The notes under the pieces are model-generated. The model ran no database searches. It was not told where the DNA came from and worked only from the letters and a program-made list of their open reading frames with translations. A DNA stretch of 64,000 bases from Sphyrna mokarran (lineage: Eukaryota). The position numbers and the translations under genes were made by a program. The stretch spans positions 123,876,001-123,940,000 of the forward strand of contig JAGIQG010000001.1 in assembly GCA_024679065.1 (NCBI GenBank), in the 5' to 3' direction. Numbering within the stretch: the stretch's first letter is position 1; each line of letters starts with the position of its first letter. Shown here piece after piece: positions 10,975-24,900 of this stretch.

Positions 10975-13300
10975 TTTGATTTGATACAATTTGACTTTTT
11001 TATCACATTTATTAGTGTACAGTAAAAAGAATTGTTTCTTGCACATTACACAGACAATGTATATTGTTCATAGAGAAGGAAAGGAGAGAGTGCAGGATGT
11101 GGTGTTACAGTCATACTAGGATGTAGAGAAAGATCAACTTAATGCAAGATAGGTCCATTCAAAAGTCTGATGACAACAGGGAAGAAGCTGTTCTTGAAAC
11201 AACAGGTATATGCTTTCAGACTTTTGTATCTTTTTCACGATGGAAGAAGATGGGAGAGAGTATGTCCAGGGTGCATGGGGTCCTTAGTTATGCTGGCTGC
11301 TTTTGCAAAGGCAGCGGAAAGTGTAGGAAGTGTCAATGGGTGGGAGGTTAGTTTGAGTCGTGGACTGGGCTTCAATCATGACTCTTTGTAATTTCTTGGG
11401 GTCTTGGACAGAGCAGAAACCATACCAAGCTGTGATATGATAAATAATGCTTTCTGTGGAGCCTCTGTAAAAGTTGGTGAGAGTTATGGTAGATATGCCA
11501 AATTTCCTTACTCTCTGAAAACGTAGAAGCATTGGTGAACTTTATTAACTATAAAGTCAGAATGGAGGGAGCAGGATAGGTTGTTGATGATCTGGACACT
11601 TAAAACTTGAAGCTCTCGACCATTTCTACTTCACTCCCATTGATGTAGACATGGGCATGTTCTCCTTTACAATACCTGAAGTTTCATGACTATCTCCTTC
11701 ATATTGTTGACATTGAGAGATTATTGTCATCACATCAGTTCACCAGGTTCTCTATCTCATTCCTATACTCTGCCTTGTCATTGTTTGAGATCCAATCCAT
11801 TATGGTGGTGTTGTCAGCAGATTTGAAAATTGAATTGGAGGTGAATTTGGCCACACACTCATACATATTTAAGGAGTATAGTAAGCGGCTGAGGTCTCAA
11901 GCCTTGTGGGACACTAGTATTGAGGATGATCATGGAGGAAGTATTGTTGCCTATCCCTACTGATTGTGATCTGTGGGTTAAGAAGTTCAGAATCCATTTG
12001 CAGAGGGAGGAACTGAAGCCCAGGCCATGGAATTTGGATTTGAGTTTTGTAGGAATAATTGTGTTGAAGGTTGAGCTGTAGTCAATAAATAGAAGTCTGA
12101 CACAGGTATCTTTGTTATCTAGGTTGACTGTAGGGCTAGAGAGATGATGTCTGCTGTGGACCTATTACAGGGTTAGGTGAACAATAATGGATCCAGGCAA
12201 TCCAGGAGGCCAGAATTGATTCATGCCATGACTAATCTTTCAAAGCACTTCATAATAATGGATGCCAGAGCCACTGGGCAATAGTCATTAAGGCACGCTG
12301 CTTGGCTTTTTTTTGGTATTGGGACAATAGTCATCTTGAAGCAGATAGGGACCTCAGATTGGTGTAAAGAGAGGTTGAAGATGTCTGTGAATACCCCCAC
12401 CAGCTGGATCTGAGTGCTCATGGTATGCAGGTACCCCATCCGGGCCAGTCACTTTCCATGGATTGATCTTTGAGAAGACTGCTCTGACATCCACAATGGT
12501 TACCTTCAATACAGGTTCACCTGAGGCTTCGGACTGGAAGGTATGCTCTAGTTGACCTGCTCAAAACAAGCACAGAATACACTGAACTCATTAGAGAGGA
12601 GTGTGTTGGAGCTGATGATTTTACATGCCTTCATCATGTAGCGTGTTATGTTTTGCAGACCTTGCCATAGTCAGCAGGGGTCCATGTGGCTAGCCTTGAC
12701 TCTAGCTTAGTCCAATTTTGTTTTTTGGCGTCTTTGATGCTTCTCATTTTCTTGTAAATATCCATGTGACTTGACTTGAACGCCTCAGAACTAGACTTCA
12801 GCAAGTTGTGGATACCCCTGTTCATCCACGGTTTCCCATTGGAAACAAGTGGATTTGCTTCTTAGGCACACTGTCTTCTACACTCTTACAAATGGAGACA
12901 GTTACTATAGTGGTGTACTCGTTCACGCTGGTTGCAGAGTTTTTAAATACCATTCTACTGACTTTCAGCAGTTCTGTATAAGATCATCCGATTCCTCAGG
13001 TCAACACTGCATGATTTTCTTTGACGGATTTTCCCATTTCAATTTTTGCTTGTAAGCCAGGAGCAGGAGCACAGCCTATGGTCTGATCTGCCAAAGTGTG
13101 GGCGTGCGATGGAGCGGTAGGCATGCATGATATTTATGTAGCAGTAGTCGAGCATGTTTGGACTTCTACTGAAACAGGAGAGGTGTTGGTGATGTCTTGG
13201 TGCCCATTCAACAGGCAGCAGCTTCCTATTCTGACCTGCCAATTGTTAGATGAATGTGCACAAACTCATTTACTCATCTCTTGATAGAAGTGTGCACAAG
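10975..13300 (-). mobile_element. Rex1/Babar-clade non-LTR retrotransposon, 5'-truncated and degenerate
   Basis: ORF fragments [14 protein letters not shown]...IVPIPKK...[21 protein letters not shown] (RT N-terminus), LDYCY...PHFGRSDH (APE end) and RVRKFGISTITLTNFYRGSTESI; short (ATCAA)n-like tail at 10975. Confidence 0.85.
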
Positions 13301-15456
13301 ATCTTGAACTTGTGCTTATGCAAGTTCAAGCACTTGTACAAGGGCTGAATTTTCAAGCACTTGTACAAGGGTGAGAGGATAGATTCAGAGGAAGAAAGAC
13401 TATAAACATAGAGTGGGGGTAACCTCCACCCTTCCCAAATGCCTTCTTCTCACCTTCCCACTCTGCCACTTCAGTGAGCAATTAAGAGCGTCTTTCCACC
13501 TCTGCTGGCAGTGGCGGGGTAGGGCAGCTTCTTCAGTGGAAACACTTTGGCCCATAAACAAGATCCCCAGCAGCAATGGCCACACCACACTCCCACAACC
13601 ATCAGCACTACCTTCCCTCAATGACCCTCTTGCCCCCTACTTGCTGGCATCTGCTTGATGAGCCCCAAAACACCCAGGTGCTAGGTTGTGAGGATGCATG
13701 TAGACCACTGCACTTTTTTCCTACAGTTTCAAGCTCAGGACTGCCCACTGCACTGCTAGGCTGGCAGTTAATCAAGCAGGCCACAGTCCTTAATACAATA
13801 GTGGGATTGGTAACTGAAACTTAATTAACTTAAGAAACTTAAGACCTGTAAAATATGACTCTTGGTATTGCAGCCCAGCAAAGCATAAGTTAGTCATGTG
13901 ACAACTATGTAATAAACATTAGCAAGCTTAATTTTGCTCCCCTGTCTTTTTATCCACCTTCTATCATCAAACTTCCTAGTAGCATATAGCACATAGATAA
14001 AGTTGTCATTTTTCATTAATGGTTTCACTAATTCTTAATAAATTAATATTCCAGTAAATTCACAAACACAACATTTCATTTTTACGTAGATAGAATCTTA
14101 GCTCAATGGGTCTGTGCTGGTGTATATGCTCTACATAGGACTTCTCCCAACTTACTTTTATCTAACTCCTTCAGCATAGTAACACCTTAAAATATCTGTA
14201 ATATCTCCAGAAAAGAAATGAATCGTGAGATTGGAAGAAATATTGTTACTGCAATGAATAGAAAATAAGGCTTATTTTCCAATTTTGCACTCCCGGCAGG
14301 GATCCTAATGACTGGGCACATCTATTGGAAATTTAGCTGTGCATTGCACATTATTTAACAGCTGTTATGATCCTTCCTGTTACAGATGTGATGAATCTGA
14401 GAACTATCCATTACCCATCACGTATCAAAGGACCTTGGTGAGAGCTCCCTCAGTCCTGTTTCAAATTGCATTATTGTATTTTCAAATACTATGATTATTT
14501 GTTGAAATGCTAGGGCAGAATTCAGTATTATAATGGCATTGTTTGATTTTTTATTAAATGAAAGCTTAGCATGAGTTCTTGTGGATGAAGTGATGCACTT
14601 GACTGGCTACTGAACCCTCAGAAAACCATTTCATGAATACATGCATTTAAATACGTTGATTTGTTTCTCATTATGCCTGTAAACTTTAAAATACTTTTGT
14701 TCAACAATTTGTACATTAAAAACATAGATTTGTTGCTGACTCCATTTTTGAAATAACTTAGGTCAGGAAACTCATGCATACAAAAGTGAAGCTTCTGTCT
14801 AGCTTGTAGTGCAATCCTCACTATCTACAAGTTTTACAAAGATTGTTAATAAGAGAAATTTTCTAATGAACTATATAAATGCTATTAACCCCAGTAACGC
14901 AGTAGTACATTGCAACTGCTGGAGATGTTCTTCCAAGTCATTGATAAGGAAACACAAACTGTTTTCCCAAACAAGCAGTCAGCTGCATCCAAATTTCTGT
15001 TTTGTAAACTGGAAAATTGAGTTCATAAATATAAGGCATTTGTGGAATGTTTTGTCAACATCTTTTACAATTGTAAAATTGACAGAACTCTGCACTTGTC
15101 AACATATAATATTTATCATCATGATGTTGACATAATGAAAAGTGTTCTCGGCATTGCTGTCATTAAAGTGATAGACAGCGCTTTAATCATATACACTTTT
15201 TGGAAAAGACCTTGTCTTTGACTCCATTCAGGTTTCTGACATCACACAAACATCTAAGATTATCTATGATCACATAAACAACACAGTTTTAGTTCTTATT
15301 CAAAAGCTTTTGATACAGTTGTTCAGTTTGTGTGCATCATTTTATGATATTCATTATCCCATTATGGAAGCATATGTTAAGAAGCTGCAAATTGGTATCC
15401 CAGGTTATTTTATTTGTTCTCTTTTGGTTTAAGCATTAAACAATAGACATGTTATT

Positions 15457-15720
15457 ATAGAATCCTAGAATTCTACAGTGCAGAAGGAGGCCGTCGAGTC
15501 TGCACTGATCACAGTTCCACACAGACCCTATTCCAGTAACCCCACATATTTACCCTACTAATCCTGTGACACTAGAGTCAATTTTTAGCATGGCCAATCA
15601 ACCTAACCTGCACATCTTTGGACCATGGGAGGAAACCCATGCAGACACAGGGAGAAAGTGCAAACTCCACACAAACAGTCACCTGAGGCCTGGCATCCCT
15701 GGCGCTGAATGCTAACCATT
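15457..15720 (-). mobile_element. HE1-like SINE, 35 nt from the exon 17 donor
   Basis: ATAGAATCC...CAGTGCAGAAGGAGGCC tail and TGCAAACTCCACACA V-domain in reverse orientation. Confidence 0.85.
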
Positions 15721-15754
15721 TAGTTCTTGTCAAAGGAATCACAACATCACATAC

Positions 15755-15880
15755 CTTCTTTGCAGTCATGTTTGTTTTCATGCAGTACAAATCCATTTCG
15801 ACACTGACACACATAACTGCCTACTGTATTGATGCATTCATGTTGACAGCCACCGTTGTCTTTGGAACATTCATCCTTAT
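15755..15880 (-). CDS. TLL1: TLL1 coding exon (~exon 17), calcium-binding EGF2
   Basis: (D)[41 protein letters not shown]; acceptor CACAG|AT, donor G|GTATGT; 126 nt. Confidence 0.96.
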
Positions 15881-18800
15881 CTGTGAGGAGGTCGAGGAGA
15901 GATCATACAAAATATACTCATGAGCCACCAGCCCAAAACATTTAAGTAAAAATGAAAATACACCGGTGTGTTCGTCCAGAAGAAGGTAAACTAAAGCACA
16001 GGCCTGATTGCCCACAGTACACCTTTTGCTTTAGCTATACCCATTCATTATTAAGCTTGCACTTTCACCCACGATTACCAATCCATCAAGCAGGCCGGAA
16101 AAGAAGCTTTTGGATTTGGCAATGGCTCCAAGCTTGTTCCTTAGAAAGGAGAACTTTGCTCATTAAAACCATGTGTAATTTTTAAAGTGCTTGGCAGTGC
16201 ATTACCTTTAAATGAATCTGGACATTTCTTAAACACACAATAAAAGCCAGCAGTAGTTAAAGAACTAGAAGTAAAAAATTCTGTTCACTTCAAACAAACC
16301 TACTGGTCAAGGAGACAGTTTAGCAAATAATTTTGCTTAATTAAACTAACCTCCTAATAAAGGTACAACTGTGTTAGAGGTGAAGCAAATATTAGCACAG
16401 AAGATATAACACCTTGTATCTGCGTAAAACAGCCACAAAATTCACTACAGGGAGGACAAGCAAAAAATATTATTAGCAGCCATTCCAGTGAGTGGCAGTC
16501 AACTCTTGTCATTCTACACGAGCTTTCATGTCAGGTAAGGGATGGTTCGTCCATTTAATCAAAACTGGCAGACTGTTTCTGATACTCTTAGTTCCGTGAT
16601 GAACTATGCTTTATCACTTCAATATGTACAGAAGTGAAAGGCACAGGGTACTATTAAATACTAACAGGTATTAACAGGTGGGAGTATTTGAGCAAAATAA
16701 AAATTCCCAGTATCTTCTACTTGCTCTGCAATCAATAAAATACAAGGGAGATGAAAAGAATGCTTTGAGCCTGTGATCATATGCATCAACAAATTTTCTT
16801 CAGATATTAATAAGAGTAATAAATGGTTTGCAGGGACTGAAGAAACTAAGGTAAAATGACTGGTTTTCAGAAAGCTTATAAAATGAAAGCAGTTTGTTAC
16901 ATAAAAGATGTATTTCTATATAATAAATCATATTTACTCAGCAACTTTGCTTGCTATGTTACAGGTTTTGATTACAAACAACTTAATACATTGTAATTGG
17001 TAGAATGAAATAAGATCTACATACATTTTATGTAGGTGAAATATTTAGCTTAAATAAATGTTACATGGCAGAAAATTAGTTTTGCTGCTGTTGAACAGAA
17101 ATCAGTCTGCCAGCTTTGAATGGATGCATCAGTCCCCACGTAATGAAAGATCCAGCCCGAAAACTGTGTTAGATGCCAACCAAGCAGAGGACATGTGGTC
17201 GTACCGCTGAGACTCTCAGAGGCCACCAGTCTGTCAATAATACGTACTCGGCTGGAAGGGGAAACCTGCATCAAGTTCTTGCAAGATTCAAAAACAAAAA
17301 TTTTCTCTTTGCATGGTGCTTCCTTGTCTGTGAAAGAAAATGTACCAAAATGGCACCAGAGATGAATGTATACTGATTGCTCTGAAGTTCATTATCTCAT
17401 TGAAACTAGGGTTCAAAAATTCTCTTTTGTTTTCAAATGAAGACTTTTGTGATTATACAAGCAACATAAGAAAGATTGACTTATATTGTAGTATTAAGTA
17501 ACATTTGTTAGACTATTTCAAGATAAAGAATGGGATCATTTTCTTTAGTTTTACAATGCAACAATGTTAAAATTACTTGACTAAATAGAGTAATACATCA
17601 ATGTACAAATCTAAATTTTGCAATATTTTATTCCAAGAAGCTATTGTGGAAATGTCAATAGACAAACATGCATCAACATGCGTGATATTCTTCTGTTTGT
17701 TCTTTTAGAGCAGGTTTTAACCCATTCATTTTAAGTGGCTAATTACCTTCTGAAACAACAGACAGAAAATGCAAGCATGTTAAGTGTTTGTCTGCTAAAG
17801 AATCACAATAAAAGACAGATTCACTGATAGCACATTATTTAGTCCCTTCAGCCTGTTCTACCATTCAATGAAATCATGGTTGATTTGTAATCAAACTACA
17901 TAACCTGTATTCACTGCCTGTATTCACTCCCTGTGGTGCTTAGAAGAGTAAGGATGCATTACAGTTCCTTGAAATCGACTCCTGGAGAAGTGGTTTGAGG
18001 CTGAGTGTGGAGGCAGGCTAGATAAAACATACTTTAGCCCAGCTGTGAAAAATAAATTAAAAAAAAGCCCTTCACCACAGACTCCCCTCACTACCATCAT
18101 ACATTCCCCATCATGCAATCTCAGATAACCACCTGCCCCTCCTCCTTTGGCCCTTTATTATCTCTCTGCCATGGATGCCCCCTTCCATAATCCTTTCCCT
18201 TTATATCCCCCATGCCAACTCACCAAGTATTCATCACAGGCAGACCTCAGGCCTTATGCTGCGATTAAATAAAGTTCATAAGTGTCTATATCAGGATTCA
18301 CAATTCAGAAGAACACTCCAGCTGAGTACATTTCACTTCTTTTAATTCTCTAATATTATAAGTATTTGTATTCATTGTCTCACTTCAAAAATTTATAAGC
18401 ACTTGGAGCCATCAATCAAATTGTGAACAATAGGAACTCTACTGTGATAATGATAGGTTGTGAAATTAGTCATGTACTGCTAACTCTGTGATGGTAACTC
18501 ATGCTTATGTCTGTAATTACTGTATTTTCGAACACTGTGACAAATATTTTTTAATATTTGAAGGACAAGAGATTTAAATTCCTGACAGGTTGATTGCCTC
18601 CTTTGACAATGCTAATAAATATGAAAGTTCTGATGAATTTATCCACATGTTACACATGTTATCCACATGTTACTTTTAATATTCTCAAAGGGCACCTGAC
18701 ATCTCCCAGAGATGTACTGGAACCATGTCCAAAAGAATACCACCAACTATTCAAAGAACTCTGGTAAGTTTAAACTTTCTACTATCCTAGGTTTAATGTG

Positions 18801-19111
18801 CATAGGTTGTATTTCCCACTCCCTACTTGTGAAAATCAATAAACTGAAGACAGCTGCATTTTAGCATGTTCAGCTGCCTCCATAAATCACGGATGTCCAA
18901 AGATCGACCAGTACCTTTTACTTCTTGGTGAGCATATGTGCTTTTTTACTGCAACATGCTATTTTATCATTTATAAAAAAAAGATTGATTTGAAAAGTCA
19001 TTTACTTTATACTAGTAAAATATTAATGGTAAAAATTATAACATTGTCTTCATTGAAATAAAGACAATCTGTAACAACTTCTAAACTTGACAATTACTCT
19101 TGGTGATGTTA

Positions 19112-20525
19112 CATAGAACATAGAACATAGAACAATACAGCACAAACAGGCCCTTCGGCCCACGAGTTGCGCCGATCACATCTACCAATCCACAGACCTA
19201 TCTATAACCCCCTATCCTATTCTTTTCCATATACTCATCCAGAAGTCTTTTAAAAGACCCCAGTGAGTTTGCCTCAACAACCTCCGACGGCAGTCGGTTC
19301 CATTCACTCACCACCCTCTGAGTGAAAAACCTACCCCTGACATCTCCTTTGTATTTGCTTCCCTGCACCTTAAATCTGTGTCCTCTCGTAGTGACCATTT
19401 CAGCTCGGGGAAATAGTCTCTGAGAGTCCACCCTATCTATTCCTCTCAACATTTTATAAACCTCTATCAGGTCGCCTCTCAACCTACGTCTCTCCAGTGA
19501 GAAGAGTCCCAGCTCCCTCAACCTATCTTCATAAGGCCTGCCTCCCAATCCAGGCAGCATCCTTGTAAATCTCCTCTGAACTCTCTCAATAGCCTCTACA
19601 TCCTTCCTATAATGAGGCGACCAGAACTGCGCACAATACTCCAACTGGGGTCTGACAAGAGTCTTATAGAGCTGCATCATTACCTCCTAACTCCTAAACT
19701 CTGTTCCTCGATTAATGAAGGCCAGTACACCGTACGCCTTCTTGACCACTTCCTCCACCTGCGAGGCCGATTTAAGAGTCCTTTAGACCTGGACCCCGAG
19801 ATCCTTCTGCTCTACAATACAGCTAAGACTCCTACCCCTTATATTGTACTCCTTCATTCCATTATTCCTGCCAAAATGGACCACTACACATTTATCTGCA
19901 TTGAAGTCCATCTGCCACTTCTCTGCCCAGTCTTGCATCCTGTCTATGTCCCGCTGCAACTTTTGGCATCCCTCCAGACCATCCACAACACCACCGATCT
20001 TTGTATCGTCGGCGAACTTGCTAACCCATCCCTCCACTTCCTCATCCAGGTCATTTATGAAAATGACAAACAGCAGGGGTCCCAGAACCCCAGAGTCCCT
20101 GGGGCACTCCACTGGTTACCGACCTCCATGCAGAACAAGACCCATCCACAACCACTCTCTGCCTTCTGCCGGCAAGCCAGTTCTGAATCCATGAGGCCAA
20201 AGCCCCTTGGATCCCATGCCCTCTCACCTTCTCCAGCAGCTTTGCATGTGGAACCTTATCAAACACCTTATTAAAGTCCATGTACACTACGTCCACCGCC
20301 CTTCCTTCGTCAATGTGTTCAGTCACATTTTCGAAGAACTCAACTAGGATCATAAGGCATGACCTGCCAAAACCATGCTGACTATTTCTAATCAGTCCAA
20401 ACTTCTCCAAATGTTCATATATCTTATCCCTCAGAAGCCTCTCCATCAGCTTACCAACCACTGAAGTCAAACTCACCGGTCGGTAATTTCCTGCACTATC
20501 CCTGTTCCCTTTCTTAAAGATAGGA
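19112..20525 (-). mobile_element. Relatively young CR1/HER1-like LINE, 5'-truncated (RT domain to 3' tail)
   Basis: Collinear ORFs: SLTSVVGKLME...QHGF...DVVYMDFNKVFDKVPH; GPLLFVIFINDL...KFADDTK; LYKTLVRPQLEY...FFTQRVVSEWNRLP; (TTCTATG)3 tail; candidate TSD ATGTTA at 19106-19111 and 20526-20531. Confidence 0.95.
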
Positions 20526-20603
20526 ATGTTAGTGTGAGAATGCTAATTGCACTTGTATCAAATTCCTCTCCCTGCTGTTGTTTGTCCAGAAGAAGCTATT
20601 TGA

Positions 20604-20890
20604 TCATAGATAAACATAGAAAACATAGAAAATAGATGCAGGAGAAGCCCATTTGGCACTTTGAGCTGCACCATCATTCAAATGTGATCATGACTAATCG
20701 TGTACTTTCAGTGTCCCACTACCGCTTTCTCTCCATATCCCTTGGTCTCTTTAGCTGGCAGGGTCGCTTCCAGCTGCCTCCTGCAGTATCTGATGAACCG
20801 ACCCCAACAGTTTTTTATGGTAGAGAATTCCACAGATTCACAACTTTCCAAGTGCAAAAGTTCTTCTTCAGCTCAGTTCTGAACGGTTTA
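20604..20890 (-). mobile_element. CR1-type LINE 3' fragment
   Basis: CATAGAAAA tail repeats and GGTAGAGAATTCCACAGATTCACAAC (reverse of the RVV..WNSL coding segment). Confidence 0.75.
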
Positions 20891-20954
20891 GCCTTAGTAA
20901 GAAAGAGAATGCTAGCCAATTTCTGTCTCCCTTAATTCAGAGACAACAATCTCA

Positions 20955-21993
20955 ATTGAAGTGGTCATTCCAGCAGGTAACTTAATGAATATGGAGACAT
21001 GTCAAAGATTTTCATCTTGCACTTATCAGAACATGTCATAAGATTATTAATATATAGAAAAAAACAACCACTTATACTGTATGAACAGAGATCATTGGTT
21101 GACAAGCAGATTCTGGTTGGTAGAGGTATTGGCATGGAGAATGCACCAGTTGATAGTAGCTGACAATTAACTGTCAAACATTATTTGAATTTTAAACCAG
21201 ATAGCTTCACCATGATTGAATCATAGAATCCTTACAGTATAGGAGGAGATCACATGGCTCATTGAGTCTGCACTAAAAACAATCCAACCTGGACCCTATC
21301 TCCGTAACCCCACTAATCCCCTTAACACTAAGGGGCAATTTAGCACGGCCAATCCATCTAACCCACGTATCTTTGGACTGTGGCAGGAAACTGGAGCCTC
21401 AGCAAACATGGAGAAAATGTGCAAATTCCACATAGTGAGTTACCCGAGGCCAGAATTGAACTTGGGTCCCTGGCGCTGTGAGGCAATGGTGCTAACATTG
21501 CGCCATCATTCCTGCAGCATGAGTCAGTGAATGGCAGTCACTTATTTTGTTTAGCTGAAACTAACTCACTGAGTGTGCATGTACTGTCTACAAAATACTG
21601 TGCCCTATGTATTGATGTTTGTAGCTACCATTACATGTAAATGAGTCACACAGAAAGCCTGAATGACAATCTTAAATTGGTTGTCAGTGTAATTCTTAGC
21701 ACACTAAAATAGGGTGTGGCAAAGGCATCCTGTGGGATAATGGTTGTTCTGCTCAGATCATTTCATGTTGTATACTTAAAAACTCATTAATGGGCTTAAG
21801 GTCTTCATTTTCACCTAAAAGCACCCAGTCTTTCTCAGATTACCCTGTATTTTCTTTCCATACAGTATAAATGGCTGTTTTCACATTATATTGATATTCT
21901 TGTGAAATGTCCTGGTGAGTGCGAGATGAAAAGCTTTGACACAAGTCTTTTTTTCAATATTGAAGTTCTGAACTACCAAATGACCACTTCAAT
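20955..21993. mobile_element. Old element with ~135-bp inverted terminal arms, each carrying a degenerate hammerhead motif (probably Penelope-like)
   Basis: Arms 20955-21089 and 21853-21993 begin ATTGAAGTGGTCATT / end AATGACCACTTCAAT; motifs at 21000-21033 (-) and 21908-21941 (+). Confidence 0.65.
21218..21507 (-). mobile_element. HE1-like SINE nested in the inverted-repeat element
   Basis: Full head-to-tail SINE pattern on the minus strand (GAATTGAACTTGGGTCCCTGGCGCTGTGAGGC...). Confidence 0.85.
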
Positions 21994-24900
21994 ATAGAAT
22001 TTGAGATTTTCCTAGTCTGCACAACTGAGCAAGCAGTGCATCTAATGAGGTCATTGAGAATAAGTTTATTTTCATTATTAGTATCAATTTAGTGCACCTT
22101 TCCTTATATTTTTCATCCTATTTGTAATAATTTGAGGACAAAATGAAGTGCCATCATATCAGCATTCTGCCATAATGCAAAGCTGCTTCTGGTTCAATAG
22201 TCTGCACAAGGCTGATTATGTACTTCACTTCTCTACATTTGTTGGTTTGAGAAATGAAAATATCTCCAATAAGGTCCAGTGTAAAACTGCCTTTAAAATG
22301 TGTCCAGAGGTTTGTTGGATGCCAGGGCATTGTATTTGTGTCATAATTACCTTGCTCATGGTTCATAGTTAATATTTTAAAGATAATTTCTAGTTCTGGG
22401 ATGATCAAAGTTTAACTGCAGAGCATGTGATAAATGCAACCAAAACAGCTTAAAGACTGTTGCACATGCCTAGCCCAGCCTTCTCTAAACCTACCTGCCC
22501 ACCTTCGAAAGCACCTCAACCATTGAGATGTTCTCTTATCACTGCTGTAGTCTCAACAATGCCCACTGTTAATAATAGTTAACAATGCTAAGGCTGCATA
22601 GCTGCCAACTATCTATTTGGTCTGGTAGCACTTGGTCACCATTCTAAATCGATTGCCACCAGCAAAATGCTGTCCCACAGTCCCAACTATTGACTTAACT
22701 GAGCTTATATTCTACTTTTGACTCTGGTGGTGGGACCTTTGCCTCCAGTATTAAATTCAAACTCCCGAGAGAAATGCTGTACAAATACCACCAGACCTGC
22801 AGAGTGTCATGTGAGGGAATTGATATAGTGTTATTGGGTGAGAAAAAGGATGGGGATCAAGAATATATCCTTGGATACAAATAGAAATAGGATTTTGGAA
22901 TTCTCTTGACCCATTCAGTAATGATGCTGTTTGCTCACAATATTTCACTAAACCTTGGTTTCTGGATGTTGCTCTGATGTTATCAGCCAAGATTTAAGTG
23001 GGTAATCCTAGTCTCCTGACATGTATACTTTGGTACGACATTGTCTCTGCTCTGGTAGATCCACGGTTAGAATATGAAGCCATAGAATTCTCGCACACTG
23101 CTTGTCAGGAGAATTTTATAAATTATGTCTGTAGATTTGTAAATCTGTAGGTTTACTGCAACATCTATTATTTCAAATGGCATCTAACTTCATGATGCTG
23201 TTTACTGCTGCATCTTTTTGTTCCATTTCCCATCCTCATCATTGCTTCCTCAAAACATTACAAAAATACATTTCTGAGAAGGAAATTCATTATTTATCTA
23301 CAAGGTTAATCTGATTTTAAATCCTTTTCTAACAACAGCCTTTAATTTCTAATTACACAATACTCTAATGCAGGTATGAATATTATACTCATTACTCATT
23401 GTTGTAACGTAAATCATCCAAGCCTAATCGTCCTAAAAAAAAGATGTATTTATTGACTTTTGGCTTTCACTATTCTTTCTCATCTCTTGGGCACTGCAGA
23501 CGTTTCAAATATGTCCTTTTTATAAAGTTGGTGCTTTTTAAGCTTGTGAAATCAGCATAAATAGAAGTAAAATAGTGAGGATTAGTAAACCATATCCTGT
23601 GCTATTATATACAGGCAGCCCGAGCAGGATGAGGGCAGGCAGATCAAGACCATGTCAGGGTCACTGGAAAAATATTAAAGCGGCCATTTATTAGGATTGG
23701 GGAAATCAATGGAAAGCCCATCCTATTCAACCTTTCCAGAAAGAAAACCTTTAAACCATCCAAAATGGTTTTTCAGATGAATTGTCAAACTTGTATCTCT
23801 TTTCCATCTCGTCTTCTTACGCCATTTCTCATCTCTGTTGTCTCTACTCCTTAACTGCCTCTTTCTCAAATGCTTTTCTCTCTTCTTTTCTAATTCTCAT
23901 TTCTCTCCTTTTCAATCCTTGATTTGGTTATTTCTTTGTCATTATTCTCTTGTTATGGACCAGCACTTACTGGGGACAATGAAGATTTTGGTTACTGATG
24001 TGGCAAAGACAGTTTGGAGTGAGTTTGGCTGCAGGAGCAAAATTTTGAATGAGGATGACCAGTGAGGACAAAAATAAGATGTCTAAATCCTGCCATTAAC
24101 TGTTGAACATTACTCATATCAATAAGCAATGTAAACAATTAGTGAATTCACACTGTTTTGCTATCAAGACAAAACACCGAGCTTATATCAGTAAGACATG
24201 CATATCCAAATTTTAGGTGAAAAGGTAGAGTGCACAAAACATTTTAAAAACAGAAACAAAGAAAATGCAAGAATAACAAACAAAAGAAAAAGAAGCGAAA
24301 AGCAAAACAAACTTGAAAACCAAGAATAATCTCACAGCTACTCCAAGAACATCACTCTAGCTTGGCCGAAAGTGTGACAAAAAGTTGGTCCAGGGAAATT
24401 ATTGATCAAAGAAGAAAGGAAATAACAAAAGCAGATTCAAGATTTTGAAAGTATAAACTTTATGAAAAGATTCATACTTTGAAGCTTTTTTGCATATAAA
24501 CCGCACTATTGGGAAGTGAAGTTCTGAAGAGGTAGTTTATGCATTTGTATCTCATGAATGGAAACTCTTTAATGGCTCCAAAACTCTCCTAATTGCTGCA
24601 TAAAGACACATCTGCTTATTCACAAATTCTCAAAAGACTCCAGAAAGACAACAATGCCTTTGTACAGCACAATTGTTGCAATAATGTATTATTGCAACCA
24701 GTTACCACATCCAGGTGGATAGAAAGATGAGCAAGAAAATCTGCTGCAAAGAAGTAATCTGACTTCTGTAAGTTATCATTGAGACGCAATACTTCCTTTC
24801 ACCTCTTCCACTTTCAGTTTTGTCATGCAATGTCATGCTTGAGAGGGGCAAAAAATGACTGGCTCCCACATTTCTTCCTATGTTGCTTAAAAAACCTAGA

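Noticed and set aside
19612-20274. Longest ORF in the track (220 aa, + strand) and overlapping 19844-20194
   Set aside because: Antisense shadow of the CR1 RT region; no recognisable protein features
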